From Raja brachyura (taxonomy: Eukaryota), in contig OY740784.1 of NCBI GenBank assembly GCA_963514005.1, positions 88,412,001 to 88,476,000 of the forward strand: DNA of 64,000 nucleotides, in the 5' to 3' direction. Positions 48,390-60,809 of the stretch are shown here, one piece after another; the first letter of the stretch is position 1; every line of letters begins with the position of its first letter. Below the pieces are notes generated by a model. It was not told the DNA's origin. It made no database searches and worked only from the letters and a program-made list of their open reading frames with translations. Made by a program: the position numbers and the translations under genes.

Positions 48390-49226
48390 AGTTGGGGGGA
48401 GGTTACACTGATTTCTGAAAGAATGGTATGAAATATCATCAAACTTGTTTATACTGCAGAGTATACAAGGGTTTCGAATTGAATTTATTCCCAATTTGTG
48501 TCCACCCACCTTGCACAAGCCAGTGCGGGCACTCATTTTCTCACCAAAAGAGAATTTGGAGATTCAAGCTGAAATTGCAAAATTATATTTTGAAGGTGTA
48601 ATTGAGAAGACAGTTTATCAAACTCACCAATTCGTATCTATTATTTTTCCTAGACCAAAGAAAGATGGTGGGAGTCGAATTAGTTTGGACAGGACTTAAT
48701 CCGTTTGTGCAGCACAATCATTTTAAAATGGAAACCTTTGCTACTGCAAGTAATTGGTTTCCAGAGGGTGTTATATGGACTTCCAGAGGGTGTTATATTG
48801 GTTTCCAGAGGGTGTTTTAGTATAGACTTTCAGGATGCATATTACTCAGTGCCTGTTCATAAAGAGGATCGGAGATATTTGAAATTTAGCTGGATGGGAC
48901 AATTATGGCAATTTAAAGCATTGCCTAATGGGTTAACCTCAGCCCCTAGATTATTTACAAAGCTGCTAAAACCAGTACTGGGGTTACTCCGGGCACAGAG
49001 CCACATTGTAATGGCTTATTTGGATGACATCTTAATAATTGAAAAAACACATGTGGCAGCTGAGTTATCAGTTTCAGCTGTTAAACTCATGGTTGAGAAG
49101 TTGAGGTTTATCATCCATCCAGCTAAATCAAAATTGGTGCCGGTTAAAGTAATTAACTATTTGGGATTAACAGTTAATTCAACTCACATGTCTGTGACTA
49201 TGCCCAAGGGCAAGAGATTAGATTTA
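48390..49226 (+). pseudogene. DIRS B reverse transcriptase, truncated by the nested insertion
   Basis: FPRPKKDGG, DFQDAYYSVPV, LPNGLTSAPRLFTK, AYLDDILI, NYLGL; short internal triplication near 48757-48817. Confidence 0.92.
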
Positions 49227-51100
49227 ATAGTAAGATTAAATGAGAACTTATCAGTTTGAAGTTTGATCTTGATTTTAGGAGGAGTTACGTTGGTGATTAC
49301 GTGATGAAGGCCCGCCAGGCCGCATGCGCACCAAATTTCAAAGCAGCGGTATGAAATGACAAATAAACAACACCGAAGTACATAGCAAGATCAGTGACTC
49401 GAGAACTACCATATGATCCTTTATGAGAGAGGGTTGGGCATGGCGGGAATGTAATCACCAATGTAACTCATAAAATCAAGATCAAACTTCAAACTGGTAA
49501 GTTCTCATTTAATCTTACTATTTTACTTCAGAGTCACGTGAGTGATTCCGTGACGAGTTCAAAGCTTTGTGATTTCACGCCGCAGATTACAAATCTCGGC
49601 ATCCCACTGCATTGATTAACTCGAAAGAGAAATATATGCATTAGTAGTAACATTGCATTCAATGTAGAAATAGGGTTTATTTAACAATGTAAACAAATGA
49701 CTTTACCCCTTAAATTTAGGTATTTAAAATGGCATAGGCAAACAGTCCTGGATTAAAAATCGGCCGATGATAAAAATTCTGAAACATCAGCTCATTTGCC
49801 CATCCGGCGGCTGCCAACATATGGTCGAAGGGCATGTCCCTCGCCTTGGCCGCCAACGTAGCTGCCGCCCTAGTGAAATGAGATGTAAACACACTATCTA
49901 AATGATACGCTGATGTTGATACTGACTTGGTAGAATGAAATATACAATCGTCAGTATATCTTTATAACCCAGAACCTGCTGCAGCCACCATGAAAAAAGT
50001 CTGAACTGACCTTCCTTTGTGTAGTTGTTTGTTAACTAATAAACAATGCTGATTCCATACTTCTTAGGATTCTGGTGGCCTAGATAACATAGAAGTGAGA
50101 CCATGGGGTGTTCAAATTATTTTCAATCATGCTACCCCTAGTCTATTCTGGTTGTGTAGACCAGAATGTAAATGTAATGGCACCTACAGCCAATTCCATC
50201 CTATCTAGCCACAACGTTTGCAATTTTGCCGTTGTTGTGCAGATATAAGTGTCATAACTAAGGATGTAGCTGGAACCCCTTGGTGAAGTAATGTTCACAC
50301 ATTTTCAATAACCAACTGCATAATCTTGTAATGGGAGAACTTGTGTCAAGATCTTTTAACAACTCGATATCCGGGTTGGACCCGAGAGTGTAGTTCCCTT
50401 ATGTTGCAGCTGTTGTGTCTCTATAACTGAATTATTGTCAATACCATTTAAAATGAGCTGAAAATGTCAGTAATCTGTACAGTTTTAAATGTAACATTAA
50501 CATTTAACAAAACACTTCTGATCCCCTCAATAGGAATGTACTGCTTTTTTGGGTGCTATCCCTGCACACTGCAGTGAGCACCTTCATGGCTTGATGTGAC
50601 AACCCGAGGAAAAAGTCAATCCATTCAAAATGTATAGGTCAATAATTGTTTTACTGTGCAAAAGCCGGACTCCTGAACCACAGTTTGAACAACAAGTTCT
50701 TGTTTTTTGGCATAACCATATACCATTGTGCCATAATGCCTGATGAAGCAGGCAACATGGACACTTGGCCAGTCAGACAGTACGAACCCAAGCGAGGTCT
50801 TGCTGACTGTTTTATGACCCGGCTAATGAGGCGAAAAATGAGGAAGACATAAAGACCATTCCTCCTATTGAAGCGAGAAAATATTTATCCGCACTGTTGT
50901 GCCACTTTTTTTTTGCAATGAGTGAAAAACATGCATTAACATGATGAATATTCGATGAAGTATTGAACCATGCTTTCATCATACTTCGAGATCCAACACT
51001 TATTCTGTGTTATCATCGATCTGAACTGGATGATACACCAGTGGCAAGGAGACTAAGAGTTGTGTTTATATGGGAACATTACATACCACACAGCTTTCAA
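49227..51100 (-). mobile_element. DIRS copy C, inverted, 5'-truncated and heavily decayed
   Basis: Right terminus ATAGTAAGATTAAATGAGAAC at 49227, ICR about 49450-49555, YR C-terminus HFTRAAATLAAKARDMPFDHMLAAAGWANELMFQNFY, methyltransferase and QIDDNT remnants further in. Confidence 0.88.
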
Positions 51101-51145
51101 CCCAAATGTGCTCGAATTTCTGTCCAAGTTACATTTCATTAAAAG

Positions 51146-51886
51146 TTGAGCTATAGTGCCATCAATAGTGCCCGGAGTGCCCCGTTATCGCACCTATCCC
51201 GGGGGTTGGAACTTCAGTCTGTGGGATCTTGTCCGTTAATATCCAGATTTATTAAGGGTGTTTTTAATTCCAATCCCCCCAGGTCTGAAATCTGGGATGC
51301 GAGCATGGTACTTACGTTGCTTCGTCAGTGGGGTACAGCCACATCCTTGTCATTGCCAAAGATTACCTTAAAGTTGGTTATGCTCATGGCACTGGTATCA
51401 GCGCAAAGGGTTCAGACTTTGCACAAACTGCATCTGGACAGGATGGTGTCATCAATCCATCATGTTATGTTTTACATCTATGATCTAATTAAACAAAGCA
51501 GACCAGGGGTGTCAGGATTCAAGCTTGTACTATCAGCATATCTCACGGATTTACGGCTGTGTGTAGTGGCGCACTTGAGGTGCTATATTGAGGTCACCAA
51601 GAGCCTCAGAGGCTCCGAAGTAGCATTGTTTATTAGCCACAAAAAGACACATATGAAAGTGTCCGTTCAGACCATTTCAAGATGGCTGAAACAAGTGCTG
51701 GGTTGCGCAGGAGTTAATACTGACAAATTTAAATATCACTCCACCAGGGCGGCATCAACGTCAGCAGCAAGGGCAATGGACGTCCCTCTTGACCATATCC
51801 TCACGGCCGCAGGATGGTCAAATGAATTGACTTTTCAGAGGTTTTATAATAAACTACTTATTGAACCCAGGGTGTTCGCCCATTAG
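51146..51886 (+). pseudogene. DIRS B tyrosine recombinase (N-terminally truncated, open frame)
   Basis: SYSAINSARS, LVSAQRVQTL, KYHSTRAASTS, AAGWSNELTFQRFY. Confidence 0.93.
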
Positions 51887-53034
51887 GTTTTAAGTTCTGT
51901 TGCATAGCTTCTCCCTGGGAGAGAGAGGAGTCGCTATTGTGTTTTATTTTGTTTATTTGTGAATTAAAGCATCAACATGTTAATCAGTACCATGTTTCAA
52001 AGTATTGCTCATTATTCACTCCTCCTGAGTCAACTGATGCAGTGTGAGACGCCTGGATATGGATCGGTGTAAAATCACATACCTTTGAAATCTTCACGGA
52101 ATCACTCTCGTGACTCTGAACTAAAATAGTAAGATTAAACAACAACTTACCAGTTTGAAGTTTGATCTTTATTTTATGAGGAGTTACGATGAGCGATTAT
52201 GTGCCCACCGCTCCCGGCCCTCAAAATATTAAAGGTCAACTGGAAGGTCTGGTTTATAATCTTACTATGTTACTTCAGTTACTGTTATCTGTGATTTCAC
52301 ACCGCTGCTTTGAAGATTGACGCGCATGCGGACTGGCAGTGTTCTTCACGTAATCGCTCATCATAACTCCTCATAAAAAAGATAAAACTTCAAACTGGTA
52401 AGTTCTCGTTTAATCTTACTATCCATGCTCTTTATCCACATGCTCTCCCAATGGCAGGGGTAACTTAGGTGGCTGGCTGCTGGACCTCATTACAAACCTG
52501 TGAGATGAGAGGATTTATGTCTCCATGTGATATTAAATGTCCACACTGCTGTCACTCCAACCCTTCATGAATATCTGTGTCTGGTTCTTTGAGTTGTTTA
52601 ATGTGGACAAGAAAGCTTGAATGCCCAAGGCCAGGAGCAGACTGAACATTCATGAGATCATCTCCAACATCTGTCACTGGTAGCATACCACAACTGTCCA
52701 CAGAGATGGTTCATTAAGGTTGACCACATGAATAAGAGGTTAAGGTATATTATACAGTAAGTTAACTTTTTCACCTTAGACCATGTAAGATGCTATGCTT
52801 GGCCTAACGATTACTCAGATTGATGGTTCCTTCATCTCATTCTTCTCTTAAATTTATTTTTTATCAAATAAAATCCAAAGTTGAGATGTGAACTATTTCT
52901 TTGGCCAGATGGTCCTCCTCAGTTATGCTCCATGTTTCACTAACATTAAACCCTTGCACTTATATAGTGCTGATGGTGTAGCAGCGCAACTTCGATATAA
53001 AATGGATGTCAGACGCGTCCACTCGTACATTGGA

Positions 53035-55775
53035 CGTCAAGAATGCAAGCCGCCGCCGTTCCCGGTGCGCAGCAGAATGCTGTTGGCCTCAAGCTGCCCG
53101 TGTTCTGGGCCGAATAGCCACAGGTTTGGTTCGCCCATGTCGAAGCGCAGTTTCATCTCTGCAACATCGTGGTCGACGACACCAAATACTTTCACATCTC
53201 GGCGCGCTCACACAAGAGACGGCTTCGCGGCTGCTGCCGTTCCTCCAGGACCCGCGGGTGCTCGCGAAATACGAAGGCCTCAAAGCACTCCTACTTTGTA
53301 TGTTCGGGCGCATCCGCAAAGATCGCGCCCCTTACATATGGATGGGTTGGGTGACCGCAAGCCGTCCGCGCTGATGGCTGAGATGCTCGCCCTGATGGAC
53401 AGGGCGTGTCTGCTCTTCGAACAGGCTTTCCTAGACCAGATGCCTGACGACATCTGCCTCATGCTCACCGGTGCCGATTTCACTGACCCCATGCAGTAGG
53501 TATGTTACAAAACTTACCTTTAGCGGCGCTGCACTTCTGCCACTCCCCGTGTGCGCGACTTTCGCGCCCTACAGAGGGGGCGGGCTTAAAGTGCCGTTTT
53601 TCAACAGGCAGGACAAATCGATCAATGTCGGGCGATTTGGTTGCTGAAGAAAAATCGCTCCGACATTTCATGAATGGTGGTATTTTTTAATTACTCTACA
53701 TTATTTATTAACTAGAGTAATTTAAAAATCACCTTCAAAAGCCGTGAGCGCAGACAACCGGAAGCATTTTCCGTAGGGGAGAAAAAAAGGTAAATACTTT
53801 ATTTTTATATTAAAAGTTGGTTTTTCGGGAGGCATTAATAATATTTTTATGTTGCGAAATGGGATCTAAAAAAATGTATGAACCAACAGTATTTTTCCCC
53901 CCGACTTCACCACTAACCGCAACATTCCAATCCACCGCATTCCACTAAAACCCACTCGCTAGTTGATTTAAATGGCCATTAATTTACAGGCATAAAACAC
54001 TAAATTCCTTCCATTTGGCCCAGAAATTCATGAAAATGAGATTTAAAAATTATGTTATATTGTGGATTATTGTGTGAATGTTATTTGGACACTTAGGCAA
54101 TTTAAAAAAAGTTTATCTTTTCTTAAGAAATTGATAGATGTTTAGATCTACTCATTGAATTTTGTAATTAGCTACAATTAGATAACTAACTAATTATATG
54201 CTTTAATTTCAGGTAATCCAAGAAAGATTGTTTAATATTTGTTTCAATCTATAATAACTGAAAATTTCATTGAGTTCTCTTAATTTTTAAGAATGCTATG
54301 GACTTTTAACTTTTCCAGATCACAGCTTTTGAGTTAAGTCAATTGAAAGGCAATGGGAAGCAAGATGCTCATTTCCGAGTATGAAAATGGCCATAACTTT
54401 CTTAATACTGAAGAAATGAAAGTAAATTAGGTGCCAAATTAAACTTCTTTTTATGCTTTATCTGATGGGATAAATTGCAGACTTGATTTTTAAAATCTCA
54501 AAATGTTGTAACATTGCTACATGCAGCTTGCCGAGTGGGCCGACCAACTCTGGCTCGCGAAGTAGCAAGATGGCGGCTCCATCAACCAGGTCTCCACACC
54601 AGAGCACCAGTCACTCGGCAGGACCACAGTGACGCCCCGCCCAGTGATTCCATCGCAGAGCCACAGCCATGAGCTGGCAACCGGGGTAAGCGTAAATGGT
54701 GCTTCTACCATCTTCACTGGGGTGATGAGGCTCGATGCTGCCGTCAACCCTGCTCGTTCCAGGGAAACACCTCGGCCAATCATCTGTAGAGGTGATTGCG
54801 ATCAGCCCAAACAACCACCTCTACGTCCGTGACCATCACTCTGGCAGACGTTTTCTTGTTGACTCCGGGGCTATTGTGAGCATCCTTCCACCGACTGGAC
54901 GTAACACCCATGCTGGTAAGTGGGGCCCTGTTCTCACGGCCATTAATTGCAGTACTATTCGGACTTGCGGCACGCGGACCCTCTCGCTCTCTTTCGAATC
55001 CCGCCCATATTAGTGGACTTTCAACATTGCTGACGTCGCGCAACCACTCCTGGGTGCAGATTTCCTATGTGATTTCTGCCTCCGAGTCGATGTGCAGGGT
55101 GGGCACATAATTCCGGAGTCGGCCCTCAGCCCTGCAGCCCCCTACTCCACCCAGCCCACAGCTCAGTGCCGTTGCCGAGGTTGACGGCCCCTATGCCTCC
55201 CTCCTCACTGATTTCCCTGAGCTCCTCACTCCCCGCTTCAGCACGGCGGCTCCCAAGCATAGGGTCATCCATCACATCCCCACCGTGGCCCTCCGGTACA
55301 TGCCCGAGTGCGCCGTCTTCCACCGGACAAGCTGTGCATCGCCCGGGAGGAGTTCCAGCTCATGGTGGACATGGGGATTGTCTGGTGCTCAGACAGCCCG
55401 TGGGCATCCCCACTGCACATGGTCCCCAAGGCATCTGGGGGGTGAAGACCATGTGGGGACTATCGGCGTCTGAATGCCATGATCGCGGACCGCTACCCGG
55501 TGTCCCACATCCAGGACTTATCCACCCACCTTGAGGGTGCCACCTCCTTTTCAAAAGTCGACCTCGTCCGTGGCTATAACCAAATCCTGGTCCGCCCGGA
55601 CGACATTCCGGTTGGCTGACATCCCGTGTGGATCCTCGGGCACGATGGTCCTCTGCGATGTCTCCACAGGTTGACCTCGCCCCATCATCCCCATACGTTG
55701 GCGTCGCCGGATTTTTGACTCCATCCACGGTCTGGTCCACCCGTTCATACGGGCGACCTCTGTGCTGGTGTCGGA
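53035..55775 (+). mobile_element. Gypsy LTR-retrotransposon internal remnant (CsRn1/Kabuki-like)
   Basis: gag LKLPVFW...PQVWFAHVEAQF, DGLGDRKPSALMAEM; protease FLVDSGA; RT SPWASPLHMVPK, CGDYRRLN, FSKVDLVRGYNQI; pre-integrase CDVSTG; no LTRs recognised. Confidence 0.85.
53497..54519. mobile_element. Non-autonomous TIR DNA transposon with 7-bp TSD (hAT-like TAG...CTA ends)
   Basis: Imperfect TIR TAGGTATGTTACAA / TTGTAACATTGCTA; CATGCAG duplicated at 53490-53496 and 54520-54526; removing it restores gag TDPMQLAEWADQLW. Confidence 0.85.
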
Positions 55776-55789
55776 CAATGGGGCTATTC

Positions 55790-56107
55790 TTCATGTCCGC
55801 CGAGTTTCACAGCCGTGTATCTCTGGCTTCTTAAAAGATGTCTCCCCCCCCCCCGTCTTTAGCCGTCTTAATTACACCGCCAACCATACAGTGTGCCTGT
55901 ATCACATTGTCTTTGCACTGAGTGAATTTTACTCAGACAGCACCCGGCCTACTTGCCCTGTCCCCCATCTGCATAACGGGCTGGTGAAGGAAGTGATGCG
56001 TGTATGTGTGTGTGTGTGTTCCACTCTGACAGTCGCCGTTCTAGTTGCCGGATCTTCAGGCGACTGCCGGTAGTCATCTGAAAAATCACCTAAGTGGGAC
56101 AGACCCA
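55790..56107. mobile_element. Partial Harbinger-type MITE (one terminus)
   Basis: Ends CACCTAAGTGGGACAGACCC, same TIR as 26277-26958. Confidence 0.65.
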
Positions 56108-56653
56108 TTAGGGACGGTATAAAACTAACAGAAAAGGTGTATAACAAAGCAAAGAGTAGCGGGAAGCCAGATTGGGAAACTTTCAAAGGACATCAGAAGG
56201 TACCAAACAGGGCAATATGGTGTGAAAAGATGAAGTACAAAGGTAAGTTCGCCAAGAATATAAAGAAGGATAGTAAAAGCTTCTATAGGCATGTTAAGAG
56301 AAAAAGATTAGTAATGACAAATGTGGGCCCCTTGAAGGCAGAAACAGTTGAAATTATTATGGGGAACAAGGAAATGGCAGAAGAGTTGAACGGGTATTTT
56401 GTTTGTATCTTCCTTAGTGAACACAGAACCAATCTCCCAGAGGACAGAGGATTCTGGGAGACAGAGGAATTGAAAGAAATTTGCATTAGGTGAGAAATAG
56501 TATTGAGCAGACTGATGGGACTGAAGGCTGATAAAACCCCAGGCCTGCATCCCAGGGTACTTAAGGAGATGGCTCTAGAAATTGTGGACGCATTGGTGAT
56601 CATTTTCCAATGTTCTATAAATTCAGGATCAGTTCCTGTGGATTGGAGGATAG

Positions 56654-56758
56654 CTTCTTCCTCTTTTGTATAGCGTGCACAACCTAAAGTTGGAGGATAA
56701 CTTGTTCTATTTGATCTTCAGTTTGTGCACGTCGAGTTGATTGCATTAGTCGAAACAG
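56654..56758 (-). mobile_element. Short SINE-like element, 3' part with (GAA)n tail (Ingi/Vingi-like)
   Basis: Minus strand CTGTTTCGACTAATGCAATCAAC...GATCAAATAGAACAAGTT...CTATACAAAAGAGGAAGAAG. Confidence 0.6.
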
Positions 56759-57488
56759 AGAAAACGGAGTTATAGACCAGTTAGCCTGACATCAGTGATG
56801 GGGAAGATACTGGAGTGCATTATGATTTGACTCTAGCATTTGGATAGCAATATAGGATTGGTTTAAGTCAGCATGGATTTATGAAGAGGAAATTCTGCTT
56901 GACTAATCTGGAATTTTTTTGCAGATGTGACAGGTAAAATGGATGAAGGAGAGCCAGTGGATGTAGTGTATCTGGACTTTCAAAAAGCCTTTGAAAAGGT
57001 CACACAGGAGATTAGAGAGCAAAATTAGAGCACATGGTATTGAGGTTAGGGTATTGACATGGATAGAGAATTGGGTGGCTGACAGGAAACAAATAGTAGG
57101 AATAAACGGATCCCTGTCAGAATGGCAGGCAGCGGTGAGTGGAGTGCCGCAAGGCTCGGTGCTGGGGCCACAACTATTTACACTAGCAAAAGTAACACTA
57201 GCAAATTTGCAGATGAGACAAAGCTGAGTGGCAGTGTGAACTGCGAAGCAGATGCTATGTGGTTGCAGGGTGACTTGGACGGGTTGAGTGAGTGGGAAGA
57301 TGTAGTATAATGTAGATAAATTTGAGGTGATCCATTTTGGCGACAAGAACAAGGAGACAGATTATTATCTCAAAGGTGTCAAATTAGGAAAAAAAGAAGT
57401 GCAACGAGACCTGGGTGTCCTTGTGCACCAGTCACTGAAAGTAAACAGCAGGCAGTGAAGAAAAGCTAATGTCATGTTGGTCTTCATA

Positions 57489-58640
57489 GTCAAATCAAGT
57501 CAAGTTTATTTGTCACATACACATATGAAATGTGCAGTGAAATGAAAAGTGGCAATGCTTACGGATTGTGCAAAAAAAACCCCTACAAAACAGAAAATAT
57601 GATCACATATTACATATTTATGAGAGAAAAAAAAGAAAAAAACAGCAATTTTAAAAAGACACCACGCAACAGTAAAATGGTACAGTGAAGTTAGTTCCTG
57701 GTGAGATAGGAGTTTACAGTCCTAATGGCCTCTGGGAAGAAACTCTTTCTCATCCTCTCCGTTTTCACAGCATGGCAACGGAGGCATTTGCCTGACCATA
57801 GTAGCTGGAACAGTCTGTTGCTGGGGTGGAAGGGGTCTCCCATGATCTTGTTGGCTCTGGAGTTGCAGCTTCTGATGTATAGTTCCTGCAGAGGGGTGAG
57901 TGAAGTTCCCATAGTGCATTCGGCCAAACGCACTACTCTCTGCAGAGCCTTCTTGTCCTGGGCAGAGCAGTTCCCAAACCAAATTGTGATGTTTCCTGAC
58001 AAGATGCTTTCCACAGCTGCTGAGTAGAAGCACTGGAGGATCCTTAGAGACACTCTGAATTTCCTCAATTGCCTGAGGTGGTAAAGTCGCTGCCTTGCAT
58101 TACTCACCAGTGCGGATGATGTGCCCTCCTAACGTCTATGATCAGCTCCTTGTTTTTTTGATATTCAAGAGGAGGCTGTTGTCCTGACACCAGAGTGCCA
58201 GATCCCGGTAGGCCTTCTCATCGTTATCGGAGATCAGGCCCACCACCACAGTGTCATCAGCAAACTTGATTATAGAGTTGGAGCTGAACCTAGCCACACA
58301 ATCATGTGTGTACAGGGAGTACAGTAGGGGGCTGAGGACGCAACCGTGGGGGGATCATGTGCTCAGGGTGACTTCGATGTATTTCCTCCCATCTTGACTA
58401 CCTGGGGCCTGGCAGTGAAAAAGTCCAGGACCCATGCACACAGGGGGGTGTTGAGCCCGAATTCCAGCAGCTTCTCAGCAAGTCTGGTGGGGACTATTGT
58501 GTTGAAGGCTGATCTGATGTCTATGAACAGCATCCTCACATAGCCCCCCTTCTGGCTGTCAAGATGAGAGAGAGTGGTGTGCAGAACCTGGGAGACCGCA
58601 TCGTCCGTGGATCTGTTCAGACAGAATGCGAATTGTAGCG
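57489..58640 (-). mobile_element. Rex1/Babar LINE fragment inserted in CR1
   Basis: [61 protein letters not shown]; (CTTGA)n tail. Confidence 0.92.
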
Positions 58641-59209
58641 GAATTGTAACATCTGGAGTATGGCGTGCAGTTTTCATCTTCTAATTTGAGGAAGGGCATC
58701 CTTGCTATTGAGGGTGTGCAGCGTAGGTTCACAAGGTTAATCCCCGGGATAGCAGGACTGTCATATGAGGAAAGATTGGAAAGACTAGGCGTGTATTCAC
58801 TGGAGTTTAGAAGGATGAGAGGGAATCTTACAGAAATACAAAATTATAAAAGGACTGAACAAGTTAAATGCAGGAAAAATGGTCCCAATATTGGGGGAGT
58901 CCAGCACCAGGGCCACAATCTGAGAATAAATGGGAGGCTATTTATAACTGAGATGAGAAGAAACTTTTTCACCCAGAGAATTGGGAATTTGTGGAATTCT
59001 CTGTCACAGAACGCAGTAGAGCCCAATTCACTGGATGAATTTAAAAGAGAGTTGGATAGAGCTTTTGGTGTTAGCAGAATCAAGGGGGTATGGGGAGAAG
59101 GCAGGCACGGGTTACCGATTGTGGATGATCAGGCATGATCGCAATGAATTGTGGTGCTGGCTCGAAGAGCAGAATGGCCTCCTCCAGCACCTTTATTCTA
59201 TGTTTCTAT

Positions 59210-59947
59210 CCCACAGCTCCATTCCTGCTCCCTCTCCCCTCATTCGCACCAAGGACAGTCGCCCTTGTCCTTACCTTCCACCCCATCAGCTGTCGCATAC
59301 AGCATATAATCCTCCAACACTTTTGCCATCTCCAATGGGATCCCACTACTGGATACATCTTCCCATCTCCACCCCTCTCTGCTTTCCGCAGAGACCGCTC
59401 CCTCCACAACTCCCTGGTCAACTCGTCCCTTCCCACCCAAACCATCCCCTCCACAGGTACTTTCCCCAGCAATCGCAGCTGATGCAACATCTGTCCCTTT
59501 ACCTCAGGCTCAGCAATTGTTTTGCGGAACACCTCCGCCCAGTTCCTAACCTACCTGATCTCCCGGTTGCTCAGCACTTCAACTCCCCCTCTCATTCTCA
59601 ATCTGATCTTTCTGTCTTGGGCCTCCTCTATTGTCAGAGTGAGGCCCATTGCAAATTGCAGGAACAGCATCTCATATTTCACTTGGGCAGCTTACACCAC
59701 AGCAGTATGAACATTGACTTCTCTAACATCAAATTGCCCTTGCTTTCCCTCTCTCTCTCCATCTCCTCCCCCTTCCCAGTTCTCCCACCTCTGACTCATA
59801 CTTACTGTCTCTGACTACATTCTATCTCTGTCCCTTGCACTCCCCTCACATCAGTATGAAGAAGGGTCTTGTCCCGAAACGTCACCCATTCCTCTGTTCA
59901 GACATGCAGTCTGTCCCGCTGAGTTACTCCAGCATTTTGTGTCTACC
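59210..59947 (+). mobile_element. Penelope-like element 3' fragment (internally deleted)
   Basis: LVLTFHP...AFRRDRSLHNSLV, FAEHLR, VAQHFNSPSH, EQHLIFHLGSL; terminus with hammerhead-like motif at 59852-59886. Confidence 0.9.
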
Positions 59948-59949
59948 CA

Positions 59950-60195
59950 CTCATAACTCAAGTAGTCTAGTCCTAGTGACATCTTTATAAATCTTTCTCG
60001 CTCACATTCCATCTTAGTGGCATCCTTCCTGTAGCTAGGTGACCAGAACTGCACCCAAAAGTCTGGTCTCACCAATGTATTGTACAGCAGAAACATGACA
60101 TTCCAACTTTTGTATTCTATGCCATGACAATGAAAGCAAGTGTGCCAAACACTATCTTCACCATGCTGTCTAGCTGTGTCTCCACTTTCAGGAAA
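59950..60195 (-). mobile_element. Old CR1 fragment
   Basis: LYNTLVRPD.WVQFWSPSYRKDA. Confidence 0.75.
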
Positions 60196-60518
60196 TTCAG
60201 AATGATTATAAATGGAGCGGGGATGTTACGTTCAACAAGTTGTGAGATTCAGCACTAAGCCTAAAGTCAGATATGTGGCAACAGGTACAGGAATGAAGAA
60301 CTTTGGGATACTTTAATTTTATCCAATTTTAGCAACATTTAGCATGTGGTCAGATTGGGCATCATTGTTAAGCACATCAAGCATTCAGAAATAAGAAACT
60401 GGTGAAACCCACTTTTAGCAATTAAAGTGGTGCAGGTACAAGGATACCAACCAAAGTCTTGTATTCTTTTAGCAAAGAGATAACTAATGTGCATCCACGC
60501 ATACATCTTTCGAGCAAG

Positions 60519-60809
60519 GTGGCACAACAGTAGAGTTGGTGCCTTACTGCACCAGAGACCCTGGTTCAATCCTGACTATAGGTGCTGTCTGTACGGAGTT
60601 TGTACGTTCACCCTGTGACCATATGGGTTTTCCCTGGGTGCTCCAGTTTCCTTCCACACACTAAAGATGTACAGTTTTGTAGGTTCATTGCGTAAAAATT
60701 GTAAATTGTCCTTAGTGTGTAGGATAGTGCTAGTGTCCGGGGATCGCTAGTCGGCATGGACTCGGTGGGCTGAAGGGCGTGTTTCCGCATTGTTTCTCTA
60801 AACTAAACT
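60519..60809 (+). mobile_element. V-SINE
   Basis: GTAGAGTTGGTGCCTTAC...GGTTCAATCCTGAC head, V-domain, (AAACT)n tail. Confidence 0.9.

Larger units (their letters stand above)
47003..52422 (+). mobile_element. DIRS1-like retrotransposon copy B with both termini, interrupted by inverted copy C
   Basis: Left ITR ATTCCGTGAAGAACCCTGCCAGTCCGCATGCGCGTCA complementary to 52318-52350; ICR about 52092-52203 complementary to the left start and to the right extension ending CTTACTAT. Confidence 0.94.
56108..59209 (+). mobile_element. CR1 LINE ORF2 remnant with nested insertions
   Basis: NIKKDSKSFYRHVK, YRPVSLTSV, VYLDFQKAF, SGVPQGSVLGP; resumes at 58663 with AIEGVQRRFTRLIPG through to the TTTCTAT tail. 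Confidence 0.92.

Noticed and set aside
52888-53499. 203-aa ORF as a novel protein
   Set aside because: Chimeric frame crossing frameshifted Gypsy gag and ending at the TIR-element insertion
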